This document shows positions 50,298 to 60,189 of a DNA stretch of 64,000 bases, piece after piece. The stretch covers positions 68,229-132,228 of the forward strand of contig OV788638.1 of the NCBI GenBank assembly GCA_928721565.1. Direction: 5' to 3'. The translations under genes were made by a program, and so were the position numbers. Each line of letters begins with the position of its first letter. Within the stretch, counting starts at the first letter, position 1. The notes below the pieces were generated by a model. It made no database searches, had not been told where the DNA came from, and saw only the letters and a program-made list of their open reading frames with translations. This stretch comes from an uncultured Clostridia bacterium (GTDB lineage Bacteria > Bacillota > Clostridia > TANB77 > CAG-508).

Positions 50298-52661
50298 CTA
50301 CCAAGAGCCACCTCCACCACCTCCAGATCCTCCACCAGATGATCCTCCACCTGACGAACCACCAGAATCACTAGATGGACTAGATGACATAACACTTTGT
50401 GCAGAAGTCATTGTAGAATTCATAAATGATCCAAACGTCATCATGTCGAATGCATTAGGGCTATCGTACCAAGATGGTGCTTGTAAAGATATTGATTCAA
50501 ACTTTTTAATCCACTTATCAGAAACACCTAATACATAAGTGTAAGGTAGAATATTATAAAAGTACGTTGGATCTTGTATAACCATAGTTTCTAATTTGTC
50601 TTTTTCAGCAGTTTCTAAAAAGTTTCTGAATCCTTTTAATTTTCCTAATATTTCATTTCCATAAGGGGTTCTCTTTGGTAAATATTTTAAGCATATAACC
50701 ATACCAAGGACACATACTAATCCCAATCCATATCCTACTAAATAAACCGGGTCTTGTTTTAATGCTGGTAGCACCATAAATGCCCATGGAATACCGCCAA
50801 ATCCTAATCCCCAGACAAGACCAAATATCTTTGTGCCTATTGAAGAATAAGTTGCTCTACCATTTGCATAAATAGTTTGTGTTTCCCCAAATACTAATTT
50901 AAATAAAACAGTAAATCCAATACCTGGAAATAGTAAAGCAAATAATAGATTTGAAGATTCGCCATATGCAAAGATTGGTGGTATAGTAATTAAACAATAT
51001 GTTGCAATAATCATTAATATAATAAATATGGTCTTACTTGATGCTGATTTTTCAAAAATTTTATTTTTATTTTCTTTATTATTAATATTAGATAATATTC
51101 TATTCATGGTTATATAAAAATTATTATATAAGTCTGTTGATGTTACTTCATTGGTATTATCTGTAGGTTCTTGTTCAACATTTTTACTAAATAATGAGCC
51201 AATTGATATTGATGGTCTTTTTGTAAATAATCCATTTAAAAATATTTGTTCATTAACATTATTTCCATCGTATTCTTTTAATTTAGTTATTTTAAAACCT
51301 TTGGATTTAAAAAATAAGGATTTTTCTTCAGTTTCAGCAATTTTTATGTATCCTTGATTAGCTAAATATATAAGTAAAGATGTTACATCTTGATTTTCTG
51401 CTTTTCCTTTATATAAAAATCCAACTTCTAAACTATTAAATCCTTGTGGTGGATAAAATTCAACAGTTTCTACAACTTGATCATCTCGTCCATATTTATA
51501 CCACAATAATAAAGCAATAACTAAAAATAATATAGGAAACAAATAAAAAATATAATTCATTAAATTAAAAGTAAGTCCAGTTCCAACAAAATATCCTTCT
51601 GGCAGTTCACATCTTACAGTTAGAGCTTCACCAGCACCTAAAATACCATTATAACTACCTGTAATTTTGTTTCCACTAACATTATATTTTACTTTACTAT
51701 TATCAGTGGAGCCTGTTGTTCCTGATGAAAACCCCAATTTACTTGAATCAAATTCTTTAGGCATAGTAATTGAAAAAGTTACATTTCCTATTACCGTATC
51801 CCATTCATTTCCAATTATATTGTAATATAATTCATCGTAATCTTTACCAGGATCTTTTCCTAAATTGTATGTATATTTAATTACATACTTTTGCTCTCCT
51901 GTTAAAGTTCTACTAGCTGATCCAATCTTCAATTTATAATTTCCATTTTCTCTTGATTTTGTATATTCATTATCAACACTAACATTTGTTACTTGAGTAC
52001 GATTAGTTGATGTTGTACCATCTAATCTAGTGATTGTATTCTTTAATGGAATAGTTCTAAATATTCCATGTTTCGAAACATTAAAATATGCAGTAATTGT
52101 CTCAGTTATATCAAAAGTATTGTTTTCATTAACAATTATATTAATATCATATTTATCAATAACATAATCATAAAAACTATATTGATAGTTCTTACTAGGT
52201 GTTAGACTTGTCGTATTATTTAGTGACGAATTTGTATTATCATTAGTTTCAATTGATAAACGATAATAATATATCTCATTAACACTATGTCCATTCAAAA
52301 TACTTAAATTAGACATTTGGCTAAAACTATTAGATCCTGATATTGCTGTTGCCGAATTATATCCTTGAGCAATCAAATTATAATTAGAATCATAATAATA
52401 AGCAGTAGAAGTATAGTTAATTTCATTATTTGAGCTATTTCTTACTATACCTGCTAAGCCAAATGCTTGGGTAGAAATGGAAGAAAAATCTTTAAATGAA
52501 ATATTAGTAAAAGATAAACTTCCGACTTCTAAACTTTGAGTATTGTTAATATTTACAAAAGAAGTTTGTTCTGTTAAAGCATAAGTATTTGATGGATAAG
52601 CAAATACTAGAGATAGTACAATTACAGCAAATAAGGAAATCCCCTTAATAATTCTTTTCAT
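50298..52661 (-). CDS. DUF2207 domain membrane protein
   Basis: Signal peptide, large extracellular domain, multiple TM segments and a C-terminal Ser/Gly tail SSSPSSDSGGSSGGGSSGGGSGGGGGGSW typical of DUF2207. Lies immediately downstream of a LemA gene, the usual pairing. Confidence 0.75.
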   Translation of the reverse strand: MKRIIKGISLFAVIVLSLVFAYPSNTYALTEQTSFVNINNTQSLEVGSLSFTNISFKDFSSISTQAFGLAGIVRNSSNNEINYTSTAYYYDSNYNLIAQGYNSATAISGSNSFSQMSNLSILNGHSVNEIYYYRLSIETNDNTNSSLNNTTSLTPSKNYQYSFYDYVIDKYDINIIVNENNTFDITETITAYFNVSKHGIFRTIPLKNTITRLDGTTSTNRTQVTNVSVDNEYTKSRENGNYKLKIGSASRTLTGEQKYVIKYTYNLGKDPGKDYDELYYNIIGNEWDTVIGNVTFSITMPKEFDSSKLGFSSGTTGSTDNSKVKYNVSGNKITGSYNGILGAGEALTVRCELPEGYFVGTGLTFNLMNYIFYLFPILFLVIALLLWYKYGRDDQVVETVEFYPPQGFNSLEVGFLYKGKAENQDVTSLLIYLANQGYIKIAETEEKSLFFKSKGFKITKLKEYDGNNVNEQIFLNGLFTKRPSISIGSLFSKNVEQEPTDNTNEVTSTDLYNNFYITMNRILSNINNKENKNKIFEKSASSKTIFIILMIIATYCLITIPPIFAYGESSNLLFALLFPGIGFTVLFKLVFGETQTIYANGRATYSSIGTKIFGLVWGLGFGGIPWAFMVLPALKQDPVYLVGYGLGLVCVLGMVICLKYLPKRTPYGNEILGKLKGFRNFLETAEKDKLETMVIQDPTYFYNILPYTYVLGVSDKWIKKFESISLQAPSWYDSPNAFDMMTFGSFMNSTMTSAQSVMSSSPSSDSGGSSGGGSSGGGSGGGGGGSW

Positions 52662-52676
52662 TGTCCCCCTCCATAA

Positions 52677-53225
52677 TTATAATTCAACTTTTACATTTTC
52701 TCTTTCGTTTGCACTTGCCTCAAACATTGCTTTTGATTTGTAACCGAACAATCCAGCAAAAATATTACTTGGGAACATTTCAACTTTGTTATTATAAATT
52801 CTAACAATACCATTGTAATATTTTCTTGAATTAGCAATATCATCTTCAACTTTTGATAACTCTTTACTTAAATCTTTGAAGTTTTCATTAGCTTTCAAAT
52901 CAGGATATGCTTCTGCTAAAGCCATAATTTTACTAATACCACTAGATAGTTGCTCATTTGTCTTAATCTTTTCATCATCAGACATTTTGTCATAAGCACT
53001 ATTTCTTAGTTCTACAACTTCTTTTAAAGTATCTTTTTCATGTTTAGCATATCCTTTTACAGTTTCTACAATGTTAGGAATTAAATCCCATCTTTTCTTA
53101 AGATAAACATCCATAGTAGAGAATGCTTCTTTTACCTTATTATTTAGTTTTACAAAACTATTATATACAGCAAAAGCATAAATAATAATTAAAACGATAA
53201 TTGCAATGATAATATAAATCCACAT
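52677..53225 (-). CDS. lemA: LemA family protein
   Basis: N-terminal TM, then YNSFVKLNNKVKEAFSTMDVYLKKRWDLIPNIVETVKGYAKHEKDTL...RKYYNGIVRIYNNKVEMFPSNIFAGLFGY, the canonical LemA pattern. Confidence 0.85.
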   Translation of the reverse strand: MWIYIIIAIIVLIIIYAFAVYNSFVKLNNKVKEAFSTMDVYLKKRWDLIPNIVETVKGYAKHEKDTLKEVVELRNSAYDKMSDDEKIKTNEQLSSGISKIMALAEAYPDLKANENFKDLSKELSKVEDDIANSRKYYNGIVRIYNNKVEMFPSNIFAGLFGYKSKAMFEASANERENVKVEL

Positions 53226-53562
53226 AATTTCACCTCCTATTGTAATTTAATTTTATCATATTTTTAATTTTTTTAATATATTATTAAGAAATATTCTTTC
53301 AAAACTATTATAATAAATTTTATATCTGCTATAATTTATTTAGTTGATTTAATTGTTCGTAAGTTTTTATTTTTATATAAAACTTTAAAAGTTCTCTTTC
53401 AAAGAGGAAAAACTATAAGAGGTATTGCTACTATTATGAAAGATAATAATGCGTATCTAAAACAGGAAAAATGGAAGTTTGATAGGTTTTATAAAATACT
53501 TACTAATCAACACTGAATTTGTACTCCCTCACAAATTCTTGTATGAGAATTTCCCATCTCTT

Positions 53563-53982
53563 TTATTTTTTATTATCTACGAAAAAACACATATTAATAA
53601 AATAATAAACTACAGCAACAATAAAATAAATTAAAATAAGTTGTTTGGAAAAAGAAATGGGATCTATACTCATTACTCCTGTATTGTTATTGCCTTTTAA
53701 TATAGTTAATAAATTAGGTATAGAAAATAGAATAAATAAAATAAAACTATTAAGACAGCAAATGATCTTTCCTTTTTTATATTCAATTCTTTTTTTACTT
53801 ACTAATTTAAAAATTAATGGAACTATCATTAATATAAAACTTACAATAATTAGAACTAATATTTCTGGTATTAATTCTTCCCAAAAATTGTTTAAATATT
53901 TTCCACCTAAAAATAGTTTTATAATAATTAAATTAATTAGTAATAAAATAAATCCAATAATTTTTTTTGTTTTGTTATTCAT
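53563..53982 (-). CDS. Hypothetical membrane protein (139 aa, 4 predicted TM segments)
   Basis: ORF track. Hydrophobic segments. RBS ggagga upstream. Confidence 0.55.
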   Translation of the reverse strand: MNNKTKKIIGFILLLINLIIIKLFLGGKYLNNFWEELIPEILVLIIVSFILMIVPLIFKLVSKKRIEYKKGKIICCLNSFILFILFSIPNLLTILKGNNNTGVMSIDPISFSKQLILIYFIVAVVYYFINMCFFVDNKK

Positions 53983-54007
53983 TATTTATTCCTCCAATCT
54001 TTACATG

Positions 54008-54116
54008 GTACATTAGGGACCGGTTCTTCGCTGATCATTTTTATGTAACTTGTTCACTAGGGACCGGTTCTTTCTTGACACACTTGTTCATTTAAGAACC
54101 GGTCCCTAATGAACAA
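54008..54116. repeat. REP-like cluster 11: 3 copies (+,+,-). The last two form a REPIN-like doublet.
   Basis: Cores at 54016(+), 54060(+) and 54095(-). GTTCACTAGGGACCGGTTCT (54052..54071) pairs with AGAACCGGTCCCTAATGAAC (54095..54114) as an inverted repeat with one mismatch. Confidence 0.9.
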
Positions 54117-54124
54117 CTGAACAC

Positions 54125-54147
54125 AAAAACTGGTCCCCAAGGACCAG
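54125..54147 (-). terminator. Rho-independent terminator after 54152..55726
   Basis: ctggtcc (54130..54136) pairs with ggaccag (54141..54147), loop ccaa. On the minus strand it is followed by TTTTTGTGT. Confidence 0.65.
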
Positions 54148-54151
54148 CTTT

Positions 54152-55726
54152 TTAAAAATGTTTTCCTTTTCCTCTTCTCTTAGAAGAATTTTTAAAGTCT
54201 TCTTTATAATCCCAATCTGTATCTATATCATAATTTTTGCTTCTTGCAATGTCTTCCAAATAATTAGTAGTATCAAATTTATTTTCTGTTTCTTTAACTT
54301 GTCCGTCTAAGTCTTCGAAATTTTGGTCTTCTTGCCATTCTTTTCCGGCGTTTTCTGTATTCTCTCCAAAATTGTCCATTTTAAAATCAATTTCATCTGT
54401 TTCTTCATCTAATTCTGAAAGTTCTTGATGTTCTGCTATTGCTTTATCTAGCTCGTCTGCTCCTGGAAAATCAATATTATTTTGTGCTTTTTTTTCTTTT
54501 ACTAATTTAACTTTTAAAATTATAGCTATTATTATTAAAATTATTAAAACTGTCATTATTATTACTTTGATTTTCTCTTCTTTTCCCCATGTTGATGGTT
54601 GTAACCAATTCATTTCTTTTGCTGGTTCATTTTTTCCTTCTTCTGATGCGACATTTTTATTTACTGTTATTTGATATGTTGCTGTTTGATTTGTTTTTTT
54701 ATTTTTTACTAGTATTGTTATTGTGTTTTCACCTTCATGTAAATTTTCATTTCCAACTATTTCAACTGTTGTATCATCTGCTGTTGCTATGGTTTCTATT
54801 TCTAATGAGCTTAAATCTTTATTTAAATCTACTGTATATTGATATATTTCTGTGTCAAATTCTGGATTTAATTCAACATCTTCTATATCTAGACTTGATA
54901 ATCCAAATGCACCTGATACATTGTCTGTTGCTTGTTGTTCTGTTGGACCAGCAGCATCTTCTGCTGTTGTATTTCTTTTTATTTTTAAATTGTATGTTTC
55001 TGTATTTCCTGCTTCTGCAGTTACTGTTACTGCGACTGTATTGTCTCCTTCTTTTAAGCTTACTTTTCCTGTTCCTGCTACTTTTGCTTTTGCGTCTACT
55101 GGTGTCGCATATACTGTTAATTCACTTATTTTATTTGGAACTTCTATACTGTATTCTTTTCTGTCTCTTTTGAATCCTGTAAAGTCATATGCCTTTTCTT
55201 TTATTCCCATGTTTTTTAGTCTTGCTTCTGTTGATTTGTTTGCTGTTGCTGTGTTATTTGAAGCATTTGAGTTTGAACTTGCATTGCTTTGAGCTGATGC
55301 TGCATTTGATTGGTTATTGCTTGATGAGTTGTTATTTGAATTTGATGTTGAGTTTTGTTTATTTACCTTTATTGTTAATGATTGTGAACCACTTATTGGA
55401 TTCTCATCAATATCACCCAATCCACTACTTCCTGGTGATGCTACAACTTCTATATCTGAATCAGATGTTGAAGTGACTGTAACTGTTTTTGTATCATTTC
55501 CATTTTGTAAAAATACTGATGATGGACTTACTGTTCCATTTTTCGCTTTAATGTCAATTTGTCCATATGCATTATTTGCTTTTATGCTTATTGTAACGCT
55601 CTCACCTTTATTAATACTAGATTTCGAAGTACTAATATTAAAGCTCCCTGCAGCATATGTCTTAGTAATATATATTGTACTAATTATTATAAATATTGTT
55701 ATTATTCTATTTATTACTTTTTTCAT
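54152..55726 (-). CDS. Secreted, membrane-anchored protein with cadherin-like beta-sandwich domains and an acidic cytoplasmic tail
   Basis: Signal peptide MKKVINRIITIFIIISTIYITKTYAAG. Two segments fit the cadherin-like beta-sandwich pattern (L..L.....F....YSIEVPNKISELTVYATPVDAKAKVAGTGKVSLKEGDNTVAVTVTAEAGNTETYNLKIKR, and LSSLDIEDVELNPEFDTEIYQYTVDL...YQITVNK). S/N-rich linker and a TM segment (VIIMTVLILIIIAIIL). Confidence 0.6.
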   Translation of the reverse strand: MKKVINRIITIFIIISTIYITKTYAAGSFNISTSKSSINKGESVTISIKANNAYGQIDIKAKNGTVSPSSVFLQNGNDTKTVTVTSTSDSDIEVVASPGSSGLGDIDENPISGSQSLTIKVNKQNSTSNSNNNSSSNNQSNAASAQSNASSNSNASNNTATANKSTEARLKNMGIKEKAYDFTGFKRDRKEYSIEVPNKISELTVYATPVDAKAKVAGTGKVSLKEGDNTVAVTVTAEAGNTETYNLKIKRNTTAEDAAGPTEQQATDNVSGAFGLSSLDIEDVELNPEFDTEIYQYTVDLNKDLSSLEIETIATADDTTVEIVGNENLHEGENTITILVKNKKTNQTATYQITVNKNVASEEGKNEPAKEMNWLQPSTWGKEEKIKVIIMTVLIILIIIAIILKVKLVKEKKAQNNIDFPGADELDKAIAEHQELSELDEETDEIDFKMDNFGENTENAGKEWQEDQNFEDLDGQVKETENKFDTTNYLEDIARSKNYDIDTDWDYKEDFKNSSKRRGKGKHF

Positions 55727-55736
55727 TTTTCCCTCA

Positions 55737-57452
55737 CTATAATTCTATTTTTTTATTTCCCATTATATAATTCATTATTCTTATGTAGTCAAATGAATTA
55801 ACTTTTCCGTCTGAATTTGCATCTGCAGCTAGTTTTTCGTAATCTGACATTGTTTTATTTCCCATTATATAATTCATTATTCTTATATAATCAAATGTAT
55901 TAACTTTTCCATCTGCATTTGCATCACCTTTTTTTATTATTACATATTCATTATTCACTATACTGCCAGTAGCTATTTGGTTATTCTCTGTAACAACTTC
56001 CCCTTTTGAATTTTTAACTGCAATATTTTCTCCTAATGTGTTTTTAATTTCATCAAATGTAGCAGATGGTGTTATTAATATTTTTTTATTTGTGTCATCT
56101 ACTTTTGCATTTTGACTATTGCTAGGCTCAGTTGGTTTTGTATCATTACCTTGGTCTACTGGTACCAAATACAATTTGTATGTAGACTCATAATCATAAG
56201 TTTCTCTTGCAGCATAACCTTTAGTTCCATCAGCTTTCATGATGTAATCCCAATAAGTTCCGTCAACTTTGCTTGTTGCCTTATATAATCTTGTTACAAT
56301 TTCATCTTTATAAACACTTCCTATTTTTGAAGCAGACTTTTTAGCCTCACTTCTTATATATAGTGAATTTGAAACATTAACTTTAACCAATTCAGTAGTT
56401 GTTGGTGTATTATTCTCAGAAGGTCTTACAACTGCTGAACCTGGCATATTTTTGTAAACTGGAATTATAAAAGTATATCCTGCATCAATCGCATTTACAC
56501 TTTCAAAAGTTTTTCTTAGTGTTGACCCTTCATTTTGAGCCGCCAAAATATTTTGCATATATTGATGCCAGTACAAATTACCATCAGAATTTTCTACATC
56601 AAATTTTTGAAAATATAATGTATTCTGACCTTTTGAAATATAACTTTCGGCAATTATTTCAGTTCCTCCCATGATTGAACTTTCAATTGATGTCCATCCT
56701 TTAGATTTAGCCTTTTTCAATCCATTTAAAATAATATTTTCTTTTCCATTTCCATTAGCTCCAATGTTAAATACATTATAGTATCCAACATATTGGCCAT
56801 TATAACCATTTCCTGTTGCTAAAGTTGAACCAGTTCTACCTTGTTCTTGAATAATCCTTGATGCTAAATAATATGGATTCACATTATATTTTTTTCCTGC
56901 CTGAATAAGTGTATTTATGTATGAATCATTATTTAAAAAGGTGTTTGCAACCATCTTTTTTATTGTTTGTGAATTACAATCAGTATATGATAATTGCATA
57001 AATTGAAAGATATCAGAATAATTAGCAGAATTTCTTGGGTCCATCATATATTCTATTGCTGCTTCTGAAGCACAGTTCCAGTTTCCATTATCATATGTCT
57101 TATTTCCACATACTTTACATTTCCACACACTATCATATTTGCTATTATTAGCTGGAACTAAGTTCCTTGGAGAACTTTCATGTCCTACATATTCATTAGC
57201 AATAGCATCTGACCATTCTATATCAGTATATAATATTTTAAAATTCCAATTTGGATGTTGAGTTTTTAGGGATTGTAGCATTTCTTTTAATTGTGGATAT
57301 TTGTTTGAATCAATTGAATTAATATCTGTGGTTTCAGTCTGATTAATTGCTGCAAATGACTTATTTCCACAAACTAATAGATTTACAATACTATATGATA
57401 TTATTGTTGTTAATAACATTATCGACAATAACTTTATAAAATTTGTTTTCAT
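55737..57452 (-). CDS. Secreted peptidoglycan hydrolase: GH73-type N-acetylglucosaminidase domain + SH3-like domain + C-terminal type-I dockerin
   Basis: Signal peptide. YINTLIQAGKKYNVNPYYLASRIIQEQG...YYNVFNIGA (glucosaminidase). VNVSNSLYIRSEAKKSASKIGSVYKDEIV...GTKGYAARE (SH3b-like). Duplicated Ca-binding segments GDANADGKVNTFDYIRIMNYIMG and ADANSDGKVNSFDYIRIMNYIMG (dockerin). Confidence 0.75.
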   Translation of the reverse strand: MKTNFIKLLSIMLLTTIISYSIVNLLVCGNKSFAAINQTETTDINSIDSNKYPQLKEMLQSLKTQHPNWNFKILYTDIEWSDAIANEYVGHESSPRNLVPANNSKYDSVWKCKVCGNKTYDNGNWNCASEAAIEYMMDPRNSANYSDIFQFMQLSYTDCNSQTIKKMVANTFLNNDSYINTLIQAGKKYNVNPYYLASRIIQEQGRTGSTLATGNGYNGQYVGYYNVFNIGANGNGKENIILNGLKKAKSKGWTSIESSIMGGTEIIAESYISKGQNTLYFQKFDVENSDGNLYWHQYMQNILAAQNEGSTLRKTFESVNAIDAGYTFIIPVYKNMPGSAVVRPSENNTPTTTELVKVNVSNSLYIRSEAKKSASKIGSVYKDEIVTRLYKATSKVDGTYWDYIMKADGTKGYAARETYDYESTYKLYLVPVDQGNDTKPTEPSNSQNAKVDDTNKKILITPSATFDEIKNTLGENIAVKNSKGEVVTENNQIATGSIVNNEYVIIKKGDANADGKVNTFDYIRIMNYIMGNKTMSDYEKLAADANSDGKVNSFDYIRIMNYIMGNKKIEL

Positions 57453-57559
57453 ATTTTTCCACCTCTTTTGTTTCCCTTTTTTTGATATTTTTTCCTGTAG
57501 TTCTTCGACAATAGTATATCATTCTACCTCTTTTTAGTCAACATTAGACAGTGATTTTT

Positions 57560-57581
57560 ATATTACATTTGTGTTACAATT
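57560..57581. repeat. Two tandem 11-nt iterons RTRTTACATTT next to REP cluster 12
   Basis: atattacattt, gtgttacaatt. Confidence 0.65.
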
Positions 57582-57597
57582 TCATTTATGATATAAT
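57569..57597 (+). promoter_or_regulatory. Possible promoter of the U32 peptidase gene (weak -35 TTGTGT, 17 nt spacer, extended -10 TGATATAAT)
   Basis: TGaTATAAT at 57589..57597. If this promoter is used, the three REPs of cluster 12 lie in the 5' UTR. Confidence 0.35.
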
Positions 57598-57610
57598 ATT
57601 GGAAAAACTG

Positions 57611-57730
57611 TTCATTTAATGTTCATTTAAGAACCGGTCCCTAATGAACAAGTTACATAAAAATGATCGGCGAAGAACCGGTCCCTAATGAACATAGTCA
57701 AGAGAGAACCGGTCCCTAATGAACAAAAGG
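57611..57730 (-). repeat. REP-like cluster 12: 3 copies, inverted orientation
   Basis: Cores (AGAACCGGTCCC) at 57630, 57674 and 57705. The last flank taatgaaca abuts the RBS aaaggag of the U32 gene. Confidence 0.9.
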
Positions 57731-57740
57731 AGATTTTATT

Positions 57741-60158
57741 ATGATGGAATTATTGTCACCAGTTGGTGATTTTGATTGTTTAAAAGCTGCTGTACAAAAT
57801 GGTGCAGATGCTGTATATTTTGGTTCTAGCTCTTTTAGTGCAAGGGCTTTTGCTTCTAATTTTGATGATGATGCTTTAAAAAGGGCTATTACATATGCTA
57901 AGGTTCGTGGTGTTAAAACTAATCTTACCTTAAATACTTTATTGAAAGATGACGAGTTGGTTGATGCTATCTCTTTAGCTAAAAAGGCTTATGAATATGG
58001 TATTGATGCTATTATTGTTCAAGATTTGGGGTTTGCTAAATATTTAATCAAAAATTTTCCTGATCTTGCTATACATGCTAGTACTCAACTTTCTGTTCAT
58101 AATTTGGATGGTGTTTTAAAGTTGCAAGAGCTTGGCTTTTCTCGAGTAGTTCTTTCTCGTGAACTTTCTTTGCGTGAAATTGAGTATATTTGTAAAAATT
58201 CAAATGTTGAAATTGAAGTTTTTGTACATGGTGCTTTGTGCATTTCTTATTCTGGTCAGTGTTTGTTTTCTAGTATGGTAGGCGGACGTTCTGGTAATCG
58301 CGGAAAGTGTGCTCAACCTTGTAGACTTCCTTATGAATTACTTTCTGCTGATTCTGATGACTCTGGATTTAATTCTCTTGATAAAGGGTATCTCTTGAGT
58401 CCAAGGGATTTATGCGGATTGGATTATTTACCTGAACTCGTAAATTCTGGAGTTACTTGTTTAAAAATTGAAGGTAGAATGAAAACTCCTGAGTATGTTG
58501 CAACAGTTACTAGAATTTATAGAAAATATTTGGATTTGGCTATAAATAATTTAGCAAAGCCTGTTGATAAGCAAGATATACAAGATTTGTTACAAGTGTT
58601 TAACCGTGGTGGATTTTCTACTGGTCATTTTTATGAAAATCCTAATAGAAATTTAGTGTATCCTGATAAGTCTAATAATATGGGGATTTTTCTTGGAACT
58701 GTCTCAAAATTCAACAATAATAAAGGCCATATAACTTTTACTACAAATGCAAATTTGAATATTGGTGATAAAATTGCAGTTGAAAATAAAAGTCATGATG
58801 TTTCTTTATATACAGTTTCTGAATTAATGATAAAAGATAAAAATATTTCTCAAGCCTATCCAGGCGATATTATTAAAATTGGTAGAATGAAAGGAAGTAT
58901 TTTTGTCGGAAATAAGATTTATAAGATGTCTGACAAACATCTTACTAGTTCTGCACTTGACACTCTTGATAAAGAATTACGTAAGGTCAGCTTATCTTGT
59001 CAGTTAATAGTAAAGCAAAATCAACCAATTTCTCTTTCTATTTTTGATAATAATGGCATTTCTGTTTCTGAAGTCTCAGGTATTGTTCCTGATATAGCAA
59101 CAAATTCGCCTATTACTAAAGAACGCTTAGCTATTCAACTTTCTAAAACTAACAATACACCTTTTAAATTTGAAAATATTGATATTGTTTTAGATGATGG
59201 ATTATTTGTTGGAATTGGTAGCATTAATCAACTTAGAAGATCTGCTTTGACTAAATATGAAGAAAAATTGATTGACTCGTTTACTAGACATGTTGATGAA
59301 AATTTATTTAACTTTTCTGATGTTTCTAATTTTTCAAGTTCTGCTGCAAATATACAGTCACATAAAAAGATTAGTCTTTTATTAAATATAATTAATCCTT
59401 GTTTTGATTATACAAGTTTAATAAATGTTGATAATGTGTATATTCCTTTTAAATATTTTGTTTTAGATGGTTTTAGTAGTACATTATACAATATTTCAAA
59501 CAATTTTAATATTTATATTTATTTTCCAACAATTATAAGAGATAATTATAAAAAATTAATTGTCAAAAATTTAGATAAAATTTTAAAAAGCTATAATATA
59601 AAAGGATTTGTCGTTTCTAATATCGGAAATTTTGAATTACTTAAAAATTATACTAATTATGAATTTATTTGCAACTATACTTTCAATATTTTTAATAATT
59701 TGTCAATTTCAGAATTGCCTTGTAGTGTTGTTACTCCTTCACCTGAATTGAACAAGTTTGATTTGCAAAATCTTGTAAGTCACAACACTTCTAAGAAAAT
59801 TGAATTAATTGTTTATGGACGAACTCCTTTAATGAATTCAAATTACTGTTTACTTGGAAAATCAAATAAATGTTACACTTCTTGTAAACATTTGTGCAAT
59901 ACTTCTTCTAAATTTTATTTAAAAGATAGGCTTGGATTTTTGTTTAGAGTTATTCCTGATAATATTGACACTGTTACAACTGTCTACAATAGCAAAATCA
60001 CCTCAATTGAATGTAAGGATATTTGTATTGATTCTGTTAGAATTGATGTATTAGATGAGTCTATAGATGAGTTGAATTATATTATTAACACAGTAAAAAC
60101 TGGAAATAAGCTTGAAGGAAAAGATTATACTAATGGTAATTTTAATAGAGAAATTTAA
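57741..60158 (+). CDS. Peptidase U32 family protein (long form, 805 aa)
   Basis: MELLSPVGDFDCLKAAVQNGADAVYFG, ...EVFVHGALCISYSGQCLFSSMVGGRSGNRGKCAQPCRLPY..., CLKIEGRMKTPEYV are canonical U32 motifs. Confidence 0.85.
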   Translation: MMELLSPVGDFDCLKAAVQNGADAVYFGSSSFSARAFASNFDDDALKRAITYAKVRGVKTNLTLNTLLKDDELVDAISLAKKAYEYGIDAIIVQDLGFAKYLIKNFPDLAIHASTQLSVHNLDGVLKLQELGFSRVVLSRELSLREIEYICKNSNVEIEVFVHGALCISYSGQCLFSSMVGGRSGNRGKCAQPCRLPYELLSADSDDSGFNSLDKGYLLSPRDLCGLDYLPELVNSGVTCLKIEGRMKTPEYVATVTRIYRKYLDLAINNLAKPVDKQDIQDLLQVFNRGGFSTGHFYENPNRNLVYPDKSNNMGIFLGTVSKFNNNKGHITFTTNANLNIGDKIAVENKSHDVSLYTVSELMIKDKNISQAYPGDIIKIGRMKGSIFVGNKIYKMSDKHLTSSALDTLDKELRKVSLSCQLIVKQNQPISLSIFDNNGISVSEVSGIVPDIATNSPITKERLAIQLSKTNNTPFKFENIDIVLDDGLFVGIGSINQLRRSALTKYEEKLIDSFTRHVDENLFNFSDVSNFSSSAANIQSHKKISLLLNIINPCFDYTSLINVDNVYIPFKYFVLDGFSSTLYNISNNFNIYIYFPTIIRDNYKKLIVKNLDKILKSYNIKGFVVSNIGNFELLKNYTNYEFICNYTFNIFNNLSISELPCSVVTPSPELNKFDLQNLVSHNTSKKIELIVYGRTPLMNSNYCLLGKSNKCYTSCKHLCNTSSKFYLKDRLGFLFRVIPDNIDTVTTVYNSKITSIECKDICIDSVRIDVLDESIDELNYIINTVKTGNKLEGKDYTNGNFNREI

Positions 60159-60189
60159 AAGCTTGGGCATTTTTCTGCTCAAGCTTTTT
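60158..60189. terminator. Bidirectional rho-independent terminator between the convergent U32 gene and dxs
   Basis: aaagcttgggca (60158..60169) pairs with tgctcaagcttt (60176..60187): 12 bp with one G-T. A T-run follows. Confidence 0.65.

Noticed and set aside
50287-50538. Proline-rich plus-strand ORF (PPPPPPDPPPDDPPPDEPP)
   Set aside because: It is the antisense of the Gly/Ser-rich C-terminal tail of the DUF2207 gene (GGGSSGGGSGGGGGG), a compositional mirror artefact.
53426-53506. 26-codon plus-strand mini-ORF (MKDNNAYLKQEKWKFDRFYKILTNQH) with an upstream aagagg, in the 337-bp gap after lemA
   Set aside because: It is too short to support from sequence alone, and no conservation or motif evidence is available. 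The approximate coordinates are noted only in case small-protein data exist.
54130-54147. Terminator stem CTGGTCC/GGACCAG resembling REP core halves (GGTCCC / GGACC) as a further degenerate REP
   Set aside because: It lacks the ACCGGT centre and the TGTTCA arms. Its position right after a stop codon with a T-run fits an ordinary terminator.
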